DNA from: Mobula hypostoma
Taxonomy: Eukaryota
DNA length: 64,000 nucleotides
Assembly: GCF_963921235.1 (NCBI RefSeq)
Contig: NC_086106.1
Coordinates: 18,476,001 to 18,540,000 of the forward strand
Reading direction: 5' to 3'
Position numbers and translations under genes: made by a program. Positions 13,301 to 26,439 of the stretch are shown piece after piece (the stretch's first letter is position 1; the number at the start of each line of letters is the position of its first letter). The notes under the pieces were generated by a model. It was not told where the DNA came from. It made no database searches and worked only from the letters and a program-made list of their open reading frames with translations.

Positions 13301-15256
13301 CTGGGGTATATTCAGACTGCCAAACGATTGAACTCCCACCAGGCACGTTGGTCATTGTTTTTTGATCGGTTCAAGTTTACCCTCACATACTGTCCAGGAT
13401 CCAAGAACGGGAAGCCAGACGCGCTAACCTGCCAGCATGACTCCAAGGATGACACCTCCAGTCCCGAGACTATCCTCCCACCTTCCTGCATGGTTGCTAC
13501 CCTCACTTGGGAGATCGAGGCTAAAGTAAAGGAAGCCCAGTGGGACGACCCCGACCTGGGAAATGGACCTGGCGATCGCCTGTACGTGCCCACCTCCGTC
13601 AGGTCCCAGGTTCTCCAATGGGGGCACACCTCCCGGTTCGCCTGCCACCCCGGGAGTGATTGGACCCTAGCTCTCCTGAGGAAGCACTTTTGGTGGCCGA
13701 CCATGGAGGGGGACACCCGTTCTTATGTCTCAGCTTGTTCTATCTGTGCCTGGGGGAAGGTCTCTCATCGACCCCCTGCGGGGCTACTTCATCCTCTACC
13801 TGTCCCTGGTCGTCCCTGGTCACACATCGCCTTAGACCTTGTCACCGGTCTACCCCCTTCCCGCGGGAACACCACAGTCCTCACCGTGGTAGACGGCGAT
13901 TCTCTAAGGCAGTGCACTTTGTGGCCCTCCCTAAACCTCCTTCCTCTCAGGAAACCGAAGATCTCCTCGTCCGCCACATCTTCCGCCTCCAAGGAATCCC
14001 TGCTGACATTGTCTCCGTTCGAGGTTCCCAGTTTGTCTCGCAAATATGGAAGGCCTTCTGCCAAGCCTTGGGCGCATCGGTCAGCCTGTCATCCGGCTTC
14101 CACCCCCAGACGAACGGGCAGACGGAACGGGCAAACCAAGACCTGGAGGCGACACTTCGTTGCGTAACGGCAAACAACGCATCGACCTGGAGTGACCACC
14201 TCCCGTGGGTTGAGTACGCCCACAACTTTCTGGTGTGCTCTGCCATTGGGAGGTCTCCGTTCAAGTGCTCCCTTGGGTACCAACCCCACTGTTTCCCGCG
14301 CAAGAAGAGGAGATTGCAGTACCGTCGGTTCAGGACCATATTAATTGGTGCCTTAAGATTTGGGAGGAGACACGCACGGCCCTGCTCAAATCAACAAATC
14401 GAAATAAGAAGACAGCTGACTGACACCTCATCCTGGCGCTGGAGTACCAACCTGGGCAGATGGTGTGGCTGGCCTCCAAGGACATCCCGCTCAAGAACGA
14501 ACATAGAAAATGCGCCCCTCACTTCCTGGGACCATTCGAGGTTGAAAGAGTAATCAATCCCACAGTGGTCCACCTGAAGCTGCCTAGATCCATGCGCATC
14601 CACCCAACCTTTCATGTGTCTCAGTTAAAGCCAGTTTCCATCAGCACACTGTGTCCCCCTGCCAAGACTCCCCCACCTGCCCGTATCATCGACAACCATC
14701 CGGCATACACCATCCGATGGCTACTAGATGTGCGCCGTCGGGGCAGGGGTCTCCAATACCTGGTGGACTGGGAAGGGTACGGTCCAGAAGAGCAGTCCTG
14801 GGTCCCCCGCTCCTTCATCCTAGATCCTTCCCTCATCCAGGACTTTCATCGGGACCATCCAGACAGGCCGGGAAGATCGCCTGGAGGCTCCCATTGGGGG
14901 GGGGTACTGTCATGGTCCCTTCTGGCAATCCCCCACCTTGCCATTTGCCTCAAGAATTGGGTCTCAATCACCTCATTTAGATTCCAATTATTCCAAGGTT
15001 CCACTGACTACACGCACCAGCTTCCCATCAGAAACGGCAGGATAAAAACCCTGTGACCACAGCAAGAAGCCGCCAGTTTGTTGGTCGACCTTTGAGAGAG
15101 TAAACCTTGTTTCCTATTCCTGAGAACTGTTAGTTCTAAGCTTTGCATCGTCTCCTGGATATTGGCTCTCCGTTCGCGGTGGCGCTACACCTAACGACTC
15201 TGCCTCAGCATCTGTGTCCTGCTTTTGGGTTCGTCCCCAGCCACACCCTCGTGGCA
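10352..15256 (+). mobile_element. Chromovirus-type (sushi-like) Gypsy (Gypsy-3) with chromodomain, inserted in the RT of Gypsy-2
   Basis: 349-bp LTRs at 10352-10700 and 14908-15256; PPT G-run 14896-14904; 5-bp TSD TTATC/TCATC. Gag PEPYAGDLGRCRAFLLQCSLVF; PR LVDSGAEGN; RT RPCIDY and [10 protein letters not shown]; RH VDASD and WTDHKNL; INT H..P..H...[12 protein letters not shown] and [11 protein letters not shown]; chromodomain [17 protein letters not shown]. Multiple stops. Confidence 0.95.
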
Positions 15257-15366
15257 TCATCAATGTAAGCCCCTGTGTTTTCTAATGCTGTAGTCACAGA
15301 ATTGATCATTCTTTAAATGTCCCCAGAGCATTTTTCATCCTGAGGGGTAAAACATTATATTCACAC

Positions 15367-16452
15367 TGTCACAATGGTGGGGGCGTTGATGGTGGACCCA
15401 AATGCAAGACACAAGAACTGAAGTACTAGGAACAGGACAAGGATGCAGGACTTGGGCTAGGACATGGACAAGAAACAGGGGAACTGGACACGGAACTATG
15501 AACTAGGAGCCTGGGCTTGAACCCCAAGCCAGAGACTGGACAAGGACCCAGAACTTGGGTCTTGCCTCGGGTTCAGGCCCCAGAATCAGGCAAGGACGTG
15601 ACATGACTGCAGGACTGGAGGCTGGGGTCTTGAGGCTTGAGCTTGGAGACAGGCTCGGGGTCTTGGGTCGTGGGTCTAGGGTACTTCAAGGTTTGTGTAT
15701 GGACTCCGAGCCAGAGACAGGGCAAGGATCCAGAAACCTTGACTTGACTCGGGCTCGGACTCCAGAACTAGGTGAGGACAAGATGAAGCTACAGGACTGG
15801 ACATGGCTTGGGTGAGGAACTCTTGGGTAGGGCGAGACACAAGGACAGGTAAAAGCACATGGACAGGACTCGTTTAGGACTGGACTAGGCACGGACTGGA
15901 TGAGGGCCTTCAGGAGCACGGAGCCTTGGACTAGAAGAGACAGGAGCACAGAACACAGAGCCGGCAGCCCTCCTTGGGAACAGGACGTAGGGCCAGGACT
16001 CATACACAGAACACTGAACATGAAGCGATAGATCCCAACACAAGGTGGCGGCAAATGGCCGGACCCACCTAGCGAAGGTGTGGACATGGAGAGACAATTC
16101 CACACAACGAAAGACAATCCCTTATCTTGACCTAACAAGGCTCTGGTCTCGCTCTGGCAGTAAAACTTAAGCGATACAGGTGGGTTATACAGGCGGGAAA
16201 TCCAGGCTAGGTGAGCAGATAGAGAATCAGGCGAGGTATCCAGGCAGAGTCAGGTGGGGGGTGGGGGGGGGGGAGGCAAGGAGGGGAACAGAACAGTCCA
16301 GCAGGGAATCCCTGATTTGCAGAGGTATTTATGTCTCAGCCGCAATACGAGAATCATGTGCCTACAACAGAAACTGGGGAGAAACCCTGGAATAAGGAAC
16401 TATGGACTGGACCGTGAACCGGAATACGGACTTCACGGACCGGACCATGGCA
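15367..16452 (-). repeat. Solo LTR (1086 bp) inserted in the RT of Gypsy-2
   Basis: TG...CA termini; 5-bp TSD CACAC/CATAC; the host RT reads through when it is removed (SAFVTPS.LY|EYNVLP). Its minus-strand end resembles the Gypsy-3 LTR end (TCTTGCATTTGGGTCC vs CCTGCACTTGGGTTCG). Strand is inferred. Confidence 0.8.
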
Positions 16453-17401
16453 CATACAGTCAAGATGGTGTCACAAATGCTGATATCTCTCTAGCCCTCT
16501 CTGTTAAAGGATATCCTTTTAACAGGTCAATCTTTGTAAGGTATTTAGCCTTCCCCACTTTATCAATGCAGTCATTCACTCTCTTTCCTTGTTCTTTCTT
16601 GTTTCCAGCTTCTTGTTCAACCATCTTACTTTCCTCTAAATTCATTCTGTAAGAATGCTCCTTGATTGGCTGGGCTGAATTTACAATGACGTCATGCCCT
16701 GCAGCCATACACCATCTTGGAATGTCAGAAAATAAATCTTTATGTTTGCTAGTTAATTTTTCAACTGTTTTTGCAGTGTAGGTTCCAACTGATGGACCTT
16801 GTCAGTGATATTTTTCAAAACAATGGAACTCTTAAATCTTGTTGATACTAGATTCAGTGGGTTAAAATGATTTTTCACCTCATTCCCAGCCTCTGCCACC
16901 ACAACTGTTTTCCTAACTACCCACAGGTGCTACCCTATCAAATAAGTGTTTATTTTAATTTGAACATTCTGCAAACTTTTCTTTGCAAGGTCACAAACAT
17001 TGTTAAGTCTTTCCCACACATTGACCCATATTTCCAAATCAGATCACAGTTCTCTGAGTAGGGTCAAATGTCCTTTTCGTCTGTGACCGAACACACGTTC
17101 AAACAGACTACACTCCAATGATTTTTGAATTATATCTCCAACAGCAAATAAGAGTAGGGAAACCCCCTCATCTCAGTTTTGTTCCAATTTTTAACACAAC
17201 ATTGTATCATTTCTTAATGCATGTATGCATTTCTAAATGACAATAAAAGAGGACTGAGTGTTCTCATAATCTAAAAAAATATATTTTTATCATGGTCTTA
17301 AGAGTGGAGTTGAACCGTTCCAAGGCTCTCTCGGACTCTGTGTGATGTGCAGATGACCCAATGTGCTTAGCTCCAAATTCTCCAATTATCCCTGGAATGT
17401 T

Positions 17402-19736
17402 CTCGAAGTAACTGTATGCTGACAGGCCGACTAGGGGGAATGCCATACTAGATCTAGTATTAGGTAACGAACCGGGTCAGGTCACAGATCTCTCAGTGGG
17501 TGAGCATCTGGGGCACAGTGACCACCAGTCCCTGGCCTTCAGCATTATTATGGAAAAGGATAGAATCAGAGAGGACCGGAAAATTTTTAATTGGGAAAGG
17601 GCAAATTATGAGGCTATAAGTCCAGAATTTGTTGGTGTGAATTGGGATGATGTTTTTGCAGGGAAATGTACTACGGACACGTGGTCGATGTTTAGAGATG
17701 TATTGCAGGATGTTAAGGATAAATTTGTCCCAGTGAGGAAGATAAAGAATGGTAGGGTGAAGGAACCATGGGTGACAAGTGAGGTGAAAAATCTAGTCAG
17801 GTGGAAGAAGGCAGCATACATGAGGTTTAGGAAGCAAGGATCAGATGGGTCTATTGAGGAATATAGGGTAGCAAGAAAGGTGCTTAAGAAGGGGCTGAGA
17901 AGAGCAAGAAGGGGGCATGAGAAGGCCTTGGCAAGTAGTGTAAAGGAAAACCCCAAGGCATTCTTCAATTATGTGAAGAACAAAAGGATGACAGGAGTGA
18001 AGGTAGGACTGATTAGAGATAAAGGTGGGAATTTGTACCTGGAGGCTGTGGAAGTGAGCGAGGTCCTCAATAAATACTTCTTGGTATTCACCACTGAGAG
18101 GGAACTTGATGATGGTGAGGACAATATGAGTGAGGTTGGTGTTCTGGAGCATGTTGATATTAAGGCAGAGGAGGTGTTGGAGTTGTTAAAATACATTAGG
18201 ATGGATAAGTCCCCGGGGCCTGATGGAATATTCCCTGAGCTGCTCCACGAGGCATGGGAAGAGATTGCTGAGCCTTTGGCTAGGATCTTTATGTCCTTGT
18301 TGTCTACGGGAATGATACCGGAGGATTGGAGGGAGGTGAATGTTGTCCCCTTGTTCAAAAAAAGGAGTAGGGATAGTCCAGGTAATTATAGACCAGTGAG
18401 CCTGACGTCTGTAGTGGGAAAGCTGTTGGAAAACATTCTTAGAGATAGTATCTGTGGGCATTTAGAGAATCATGGTCTGATCAGCATGGCTTTGTGAAGG
18501 GCAGATCGTCTCTAACAAGCCTGATAGAGTTCTTTGAGGAGGTGACCAGGCATATAGATGAGGATAGTGCAGTGAATGTGATCTATATGGATTTTAGTAA
18601 GGCATTTGACAAAGTTCCACATGGTAGGCTTATTCAGAAAGTCAGAAGGCATGGGATCCAGGGAAGTTTGGCTAGGTGGTTTCATAATTGGCTTGCCTGC
18701 AGAAGGCAGAGGGTTGTGGTGGAGGGAGTACATTCATATTGGTGGGTTGTGACTAGTGGTGTCCCACAAGGATTGGTTCTGGGACCTCTACTTTTCATGA
18801 TTTTTATTAACGACCTGGATGTGGGGTTAGAAGGGTGGGTTGGCAAGTTTACAGATGACACAAAGGTTGGTGGTGTTGTAGGTAGTGTAGAGGATTGTTG
18901 AAGATTGCAGAGAGACACTGATAGGTTGCAGAAGTGGGCGGAGAAGTGGCAGATGGAGTTCAACCCGGAGAAGTGTGAGGTAGTATACTTTGGAAGGACA
19001 AACTCCAAAGCAGAGTACAAAGTAATTAGCAGGATACTTTGTAGTGTGGAGGAGCAGAGGGATCTGGGGGTACATGTCCACAGATCCCCTAAACTTGCCT
19101 CACAGGTAGGTAGGGTAGTTAAGAAAGCTTATGTGGTGTTAGCTTTCATAAGTCGAGGGATAGAGTTTAAGAGTCGCGAGGTAATGATGCAGCTCTATAA
19201 AACTCTGGTTAGGCCACATTTGGAGTACTGTGTCCAGTTCTGGTCGCTTCACTATAGGAAGGATGTGGAAGCATTGGAAAGGGTACAGAGATGATTTACC
19301 AGGATGCTGCCTGGTTTGGAGAGTATGGATTATGATCAGAGATTAAGGGAGCTAGGGCTTTACTCTTTGGAGTGAAGGAGGATGAGAGGAGACATGATAA
19401 AGATATACAAGATATTAAGAGGAATAGATAGAGTGGATAGCCAGTACCTCTTCCCCAGGGCACCACTGCTCAATACAAGGGAACATGGCTTTAAGGTAAG
19501 GGGTGGGAAGTTCAAAGGGGATATTAGAGGAAGGTTGTTTACTTAGAGAGTGGTTGGTGCATGGAATACACTGCCTGAGTCAGTGGTGAAGACAGATACA
19601 CTAGTGGAATTTAAGAGACTACTAGACAGGTATATGGAAGAATTTAAGGTGGGGGTTTATATGGGAGGCAGGGTCTGAGAGTCGGCACAACAATGTGGGC
19701 TGAAGGGCCTGTACTGTGCTGTACTATTCTATGTCT
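17402..19736 (+). mobile_element. 5'-truncated CR1 LINE inserted in the integrase of Gypsy-2
   Basis: ORFs 17496-18497, 18494-18901 and 18905-19294 ([50 protein letters not shown]); CTATGT tail; probable TSD ATGTT (17397-17401, 19737-19741); host DQGINF|NIPG restored in frame. Confidence 0.93.
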
Positions 19737-22657
19737 ATGTTAAAGTTAATACCCTGGTCAAATTGAATTTCTTTGGGCAGACCTACCAGTGTGAAAAACT
19801 TACTGAATGCTTTTACCACAGTCTTTGCCTGGATGTTTCCGAGTGGCATGGCTTCAGGGAACCGAGACACAGCACACATAATTGTTAACACATACTGATG
19901 ATCAGCTGCAGTCTTTGGCAATGGGCCTACACAATCCACTGTGACCCTTGAAAAAGGTTCACCAAAAGCAGGTATCAGTTTAAGTGGTGCTACTTGAATA
20001 ACCTGATTAAGTTTCCCATCAACCTGGCTGGTGTGTCAAGTCCTGCAATAATTCACACCATCCTATCTTAAACTAGACCAGTAGAATTCCTTCATAATCC
20101 TGTTCACTGTCTTTCTCTCTCCAAAATGTCCACCGAAAGGCATATTTAAAATTTCATCCCTGTAAAGTTTCAGAACTACTACCTGATGCTCAATGGCCCA
20201 ATCCTCACTTGCAGGCACAGTGGCTGGTCTCCACTTTCTCATCAACATCCCATCTTTAAGGTAATATCTCACTGACTCTCTCTGAACCTTCTCTTCTGTG
20301 AGAGCTGTCTCCTTTAAAGCCACCATATCTGAATCTTTATTCTGTTCCTCCATAAATTCCTTCCTCGATAAGGACAAACCTTTTGTCATACATCTTACTC
20401 TCATCAGCTTTACTACCCCCTAAGTCCTGCTGGGATACGAAAGGTAGAAAAGTCAATGACACATCATCCTGGAGAGGTGTCAACCTCCTCCCATTGTTTA
20501 CTAAAGTTAGCATTATCAATAGACTTATAAAAACCATGTGTATATTGTGGAAGAGGCCAAACAATCCATTTATCTCATTCCTACGACCTTTATTCTGACC
20601 TGTCTCCTTAGCAACTTCCACCAATGGCGTCTCAAAACCATATCAATTCTCCTTCTTCTCCACAACATCGTCATGCATAACATCATAACCTTGAAGGTGT
20701 TTACCTCCAAATGTCAAAAAACAAAATTCAACAGAGTGGCACATACTTCCTCAGCAGGCCTTTGTCCTGCAAGCACGGTCAAATGTCGTGAAACCGATCT
20801 AACTTTCACAATTACTTTATTCAAAAGTCCAGAAACAACACCTTTCCCAATATCTTCAGTAACATTTACCTCACCGATTTTTATCTTATTACTAACTTTT
20901 AAACCTCCCCCCCCCTCACCCACCAATACAAGTGCCTAAGAATCCTCAATTTCCACTGGTACCAAGGTTAACCCCTTATTCACTGAACCAAAACCATCTG
21001 ACACAAAAGAACGGCATTCCTTTCCAACCAAGTCAGACACCTCAGACCTTAACTGAGCTTCAACGCAAGGTTCAGTACCCTGTGAATCCACAGATACTTC
21101 AACAATCTGAACATAGGCAATCGGGACAGCTGCCTCTTCTGGGCCTTCATCACTTGCCCCAGTTTCAAATTCAAGGTCACCCCGAACCTCCCAGCTACTC
21201 TCTGGGTAACTCTCATCTGGAGTAGACTCAACCTCGTGGGATAAACCAACTTCATCTGCTGTCTTAGCAGACCCCTGCAAGGTGGCGGCATCCTTTTCAA
21301 CTAGGTATGCATTTACATCAGCAGGAACACAATTTTTAAATTCTTCAAACAAAACAAGCTCCTCCGAGCTGTAAAAATCATCAGGGTCTGACACTAAACC
21401 TCTCAGCTGCCACATCTCCCTCTTGAACTGTCTCTGTCTTTCTGCCTCTTCTGCCTTGAGCTGTTTCAGTTGCAACTCATGTTCCCTTTTTAATTTTTCC
21501 AACTGAAGCTGAAGCTCAGCCTCAGTAAGTACTTTATCTTCAGCAAACATTTTCAACACATCCTCAGTAAATTGCGTCGTCGAAATATAATATTCAATTT
21601 TTTTTTTGAATTTCTACCTTAGCCATACCCTTCTTTACCGTCTTAAGTTCCAGCTCCTCAACAATTGTCCGCAATTCATCCTTTTTAGCTCTCTTCAAAA
21701 CCACAGGGTTTGACAATGCCAGAAATTTCCTAACATCCATTTCTGCTGTTTTTCCACATGACCAAATCAAAAGGGATTTTCCCCAATCAATTCCAAATAA
21801 GCCCCAACCAATTTGTTCATATCCCAGACGCAGGCCCCAATTTTGATAGGGACCCAGGACGGGCTAAAGTTCCAGCAGAAATGGAAAACACTTTGGAGTC
21901 CAGTATTGCTAGTAACTAATGGTATTTATTAGTAACTACAGAATACAGTAATATAAATGCAGATATATCAAACAGGATTGCAATGATTATATATAAGTAA
22001 GTGTGGAAATACATGAAAACCAAGCTTCTTCAAGTCTAGGGGTAAATAGATAGTCTTATGATGATGAGTAAAGTTCTGTCAGTTCGTGGTATTGAGTTGA
22101 GTGTTGATGGAGAGAGAGAGAGGGAGAGATTTGAGTCTTCAGGTGAGCTGACGCTGTCGATCTTCCCGTTGTCCTCCAAAATCCTTTAGAAGTCACCGAC
22201 TGTGACCACAACAAAGGGGACCATTCTTCTGTGGTGGAATTATCAACCCGTGTGAGGGTTGGACACACAAATAACTCCCCACCGGTCACTCCCTTTTCAC
22301 ACTGTGAGAGCCGCTGATTGATCCGCCTGATCGATCCTCCAAAACCCACCTTTTCTGTGGGCACAACAAAACTCATTCAGTGTCTAAAACCATGTGTCTC
22401 CAGGTCTAAGAGCTGACCTTCTATTTATCTCGCTGTGCTGAATACTAGCTGTCTATCAGGCAGCTCCTCCCTCCTCTCTCTGTAAGAACACAGAAGCTGC
22501 CAGTGTCCCTGTAGGAAGTATAAACAAACTGTGAGCAATCTTCGCCTCTCTCTCTCTTTCTTTTTAACAGTGTCTGGTGTTGAACAACTCCCTCTCTCTC
22601 TTTTCAAAAGCACAGTTCATAGGGGTAATTAGAGACCCCATCACAATATATCTAACA

Positions 22658-25600
22658 TGATTACCAATTTGCGAGACTGTCCTGAATCCTTAAAGGAGCT
22701 GCACCAGCTATCCGCACTGCGAAGAGTTAGAGTGTCTAAGTTCCAGAAGCTGGATCTGTTGGGTGCGTCTCGTAACAGGACCCATCACCTATGGCTGACT
22801 GCTGACAATCCTGGCTGTTTGTAGAGACAGTGATGATAGTCGTCAAAGAGGGCCAGATCTAAGATGTCTCTATCAGGCACCCAGCACCTCTACTGTGGTC
22901 CGAATTCTTCCCAGTCCACGAGGTATTGTTGAACACCTGGAGCAGTACGCAAGTACAGAAGTCTTCTCACCGTGAAGACCTGTTCCCCCTCAATAAACCA
23001 GAGTGGCAGCAGGGCTGGTGGTGGTGGGGCTAAGGGACTGATACAGACAGGTTTTAATTTATAGATGTGGAAGGTGGGATTGATCTTTAGAGTCTTGGGG
23101 AGCTGCAAGGTATAAGCCATGGGGTTTACTTTCCTTAGGACTTTGATGGATCCAGTGAATTTGCTCGCCAACTTTCTAGATTCCACACAGAGATGCGAAT
23201 TATAAGTGGACAGCCAGACCTGTTGCTCAGGGTCTAAATTGGGTCTGTCTTCTCCTTCAGTTTGCTTTGGTCTCTGACCTCTGGATGGAGGCCAGAAAAG
23301 TTTCTCATGCCCTAATCTATTTCTGCTTGCAGCATTGGATGAAATCTTTGGCTGCAGGGACCCCAACCTCTGCCTCCTTGCACGGAAAGAGGGGCAGTGG
23401 ATAACCAAACTGTCACTTGAATAGTGACATCCCATACGCTGAATGCTGTAAGATGTCCACTCATAAGGTCTTTCTGAGGCCAGGCATCTGAGGGTACATT
23501 CTAAATCTTGTTTAGTCCACTCCATCTGACCTTTGGATTGAGGGTAAAACCTAGAGGAAAAGCTTACTGTTGCCACTATCAGTTTACAGAACACTCTCCA
23601 GAAATATGATGTTTATTGTGGACCACAATCTGAGACAACATCTACCAGGAATCTGTCTATCCTGAAGACCAGCACCAGGACTGTTTTGGCTGTCCCCCCT
23701 GCAGATGGTTGCTTCTTCAAGACAATGAACTTGCAGGCTTTCAAAAACCAATCGAAAATTACCATGATGACCGGCTTCCCCTTGGTTGGCAGGAGACCCA
23801 TGACAAGGTCCATGGAGGTGTGTGTCCAATGTCTTTCCAGAACAGGATGGGAGTGGGGGAGCCCTTGAGATCAGGAATGAGGCTCCTTGTTCCAGTCACA
23901 CACCTTACATGCTTCCACGAAGGACTGAACCTCTTTTGTCATTCCGGGCATCCAGTACCTCCACTTGGTAAACCTGAGGGTCCTGGCAATCCCTGGCAGT
24001 GTGGTCATTTTTGACGAATGACCCCATTGGAGTACTTGTGACCAGAATGAAGTTGGGACAAAGAGCTGACCTAGAAGGCTGATCTTAGAAATTCCCCCCA
24101 ATCGCTTGGGCCTTGTGAACAGTATCATCGTTTGCTCATCCAATTGCTGTGACCACACTGACTTGCGGCAAAATAGGGGTAGGTTGCTCCTCTTATTCTG
24201 GTTCGTCAAACTCACGGGACAGGGCATCTGGCTTCTGGTTCTTTGACCCCAGTCAATAGAACAGGATGAATTCAAAAAACAAAGACAACCTGACCTGCTT
24301 GGAATGCAGGCTCTTGGCCTCCTGAATATAAGCCAGGTTCTTCTGGTCAGTCCAAATGATAAAAGGGTTCCTGGCCCTCTCAAACCAGTGGCGCCATTAC
24401 TCCAAAGCTAAGAACTGCAAGGGGCTCCCAATTCTCGTTGTCATAGTTCCTCTCTGCCGGGGATAGACACCTGGAGAAGAATGCGCACAGGTTTAGTTTA
24501 CCATCCAAAGGTGATCGTTGAGACAAGATGGCATCCACTCCATTGATTGAGCTGTCCACCTCCATGATGAAGGGGAGGTCCCAGTTAGGAGAAACCAAAT
24601 TAGAAGCTGTTGTGAACCACTGTTTGAGCTCAACAAAAGCAGACTCTGCTTCGGTAGTCCAGACGTAAGGGTGTGTAGAATTCTTAATTAGCAACAGCAG
24701 CAGACCTGCACCGAGCTGAAGTTGCTTATGAACTTCTGGTAGAAATTTGCAATCCCCAAGAAACATTGGATTTGTTTGCTGCTAGATGGTGGCGGTCAGT
24801 CTCTGACTGCCTGGGTCTTGGTAAGTCTTGGTAGACTCCATCTTGAGATTGCCATTGGAGATGATGAACACCAAAAATGAAACAGTTGTCACGTGAAACT
24901 CAGACTTCTCCAACAGAACATCAACTCCATGCTCTAGACGCCTCTTTAAAATATCCCTGACGTTAACGTCGTTTTTCTCCATGGACTTTGAAAAGATTAC
25001 GGTATCATCAATGTAGATGAAGGAATACTTATCAAGAATATCCATAATGGCTGGAGCATTCACGAGGCCGAAGGGCATCACCAGGTACTCGTAGTGCCCC
25101 GTTGGTGTATTGAATGCAGTCTTCCACTCATCACATTCCCTTATATGGACCAAATGGTACACACTCTGTCATTCCAGATTTGTGAATACTCTCAGTCTTG
25201 GAGCATTCCGAAGTCCATGAATGGCAGTGGGTAGTGATATTTGGCCATCATGCAGTTTTAATCCTCTATAATCAATGCACGGCCGAGGGCTCCCGTCCTT
25301 CTTTCGTATGAAGCAGAAGCCTGTGCCAGCGAGTGAGGTGAAGAGCCGAATGAAGCCTGTGGCAAGAGCCTCCTTAATATACTCTTCCACTACACTTCTC
25401 TCTGGGCCCAAGAGCGTGTTCAATCAACCCTGCAAGAGACAAGTACCAGGCAGCAGGTATCGCACAGTTGTCGGGTTGGTGTGTTGGAAGAGTTGAGGCC
25501 TTTCCCTTGCTGAAGGCTTCCTCCATGTCCTTGTAGATGGAGCGCTTTCAACAGGTTTGGGTGTTCTATCTCCTTGGACTCTCTTTCGAAGATGATCCCT

Positions 25601-26406
25601 GAGGCTTTTTAGGTGGTGGGGTGATTCAACTGACCTCAGAGTCCGCTCCCTAGGCTCACAAAGCTCATTCATGGAAACGAGCCAAATCAGAGTCTAAATC
25701 CCAATCAGAATCCTCAGGCGACGGCAGCGAGGTGTTACAGAGGGTTCTTTTCCTCCTGGAAACAGGTTTCAAGGCTCGGCATAATGGAGTCTGTTCCATT
25801 ACTCGAGACCTGGTAGCTGTGTTCTTAAGGTTGGCTGCAAGTTTCCCAGAGAGTTCGGGCATCTCTTTGGTCTAGTTCCTGTGGGATTCAGACTCGATAG
25901 TGTCAGAACTCATACAGTCTCATTGTCTGGAATCAGTTTCTCCATCCAGGAGGGCAGGACTAAGTCACCAGAAGGTCTTGGGTTACTTCGCACTGACGGC
26001 TGCCCCCTTTTTGGTCATTTCTCATGGGAGTGTCTGAGTCTTGGAACACCATGCCACAAACAAACCCTCTTACAATGACGGACCAAGAAATTGAGGGGTA
26101 GGGCCAGGAGGGGATTTGGTACTCGAATTAATGTAGTAAAGGGAACAGATAATATTAGTGTGAGGAATGTGAAACCAACGTTTTGTTTCAATGATTCTCC
26201 CCCCCTCCAGTCCATGGAGGATTATGCTGGGATAGCCAAGGGTACTCGAGGATCAGGGGTACAAGTGGAGAATCAATTATGTAGAAACTAATATCATCCC
26301 CATGATCTGCTATCCTCATCTGCAAATCCACAGTCTGTTGCTGGATCCGCCCAGAACCTAGTGGGAAACCGTCCAAGACAGTTGCAGGCATGGCTTGGCT
26401 CAACAC
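22658..26406 (-). mobile_element. 5'-truncated chromovirus-type Gypsy (Gypsy-4): PR-RT-RH-INT-chromodomain plus partial 3' LTR (about 22658-22807)
   Basis: PR ...PLILEYPWLSQHNP; [11 protein letters not shown] and DEWKTAFNTPTGHYEYLVMPFGL; RH MEVDSS; INT WGHSSK..TLPG and DLVMGL; chromodomain QYLVDWEEFGP. The LTR piece matches 49917-50020. Confidence 0.88.
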
Positions 26407-26439
26407 TCACAGCGAGCAGTAAGTTACAGATAAGTTACA

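Larger units (their letters stand above)
8652..22645 (-). mobile_element. Gmr1-type Gypsy LTR retrotransposon (Gypsy-2; gag-PR-INT-RT-RH) containing three nested insertions
   Basis: LTRs at 8652-9440 and 21844-22645; TSD ATAT (8648-8651, 22646-22649); PPT 9441-9449; tRNA-Pro-like PBS (minus TTGGGGCCTGCGTCTGGGAT, 21821-21840). Gag 20936-21559; INT GGHFG.RKT...FYW (20063-20404), DCVGPLPKT...SRFPEA.P...DQG.NF (19724-19939) and ...LERF.STLKTM (17264-17446); RT TKIDLLKGY...SAFVTP (16460-16708), AYIDD|LVVW (15257-15360 and 10139-10351); RNase H (9524-10112). Confidence 0.93.
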
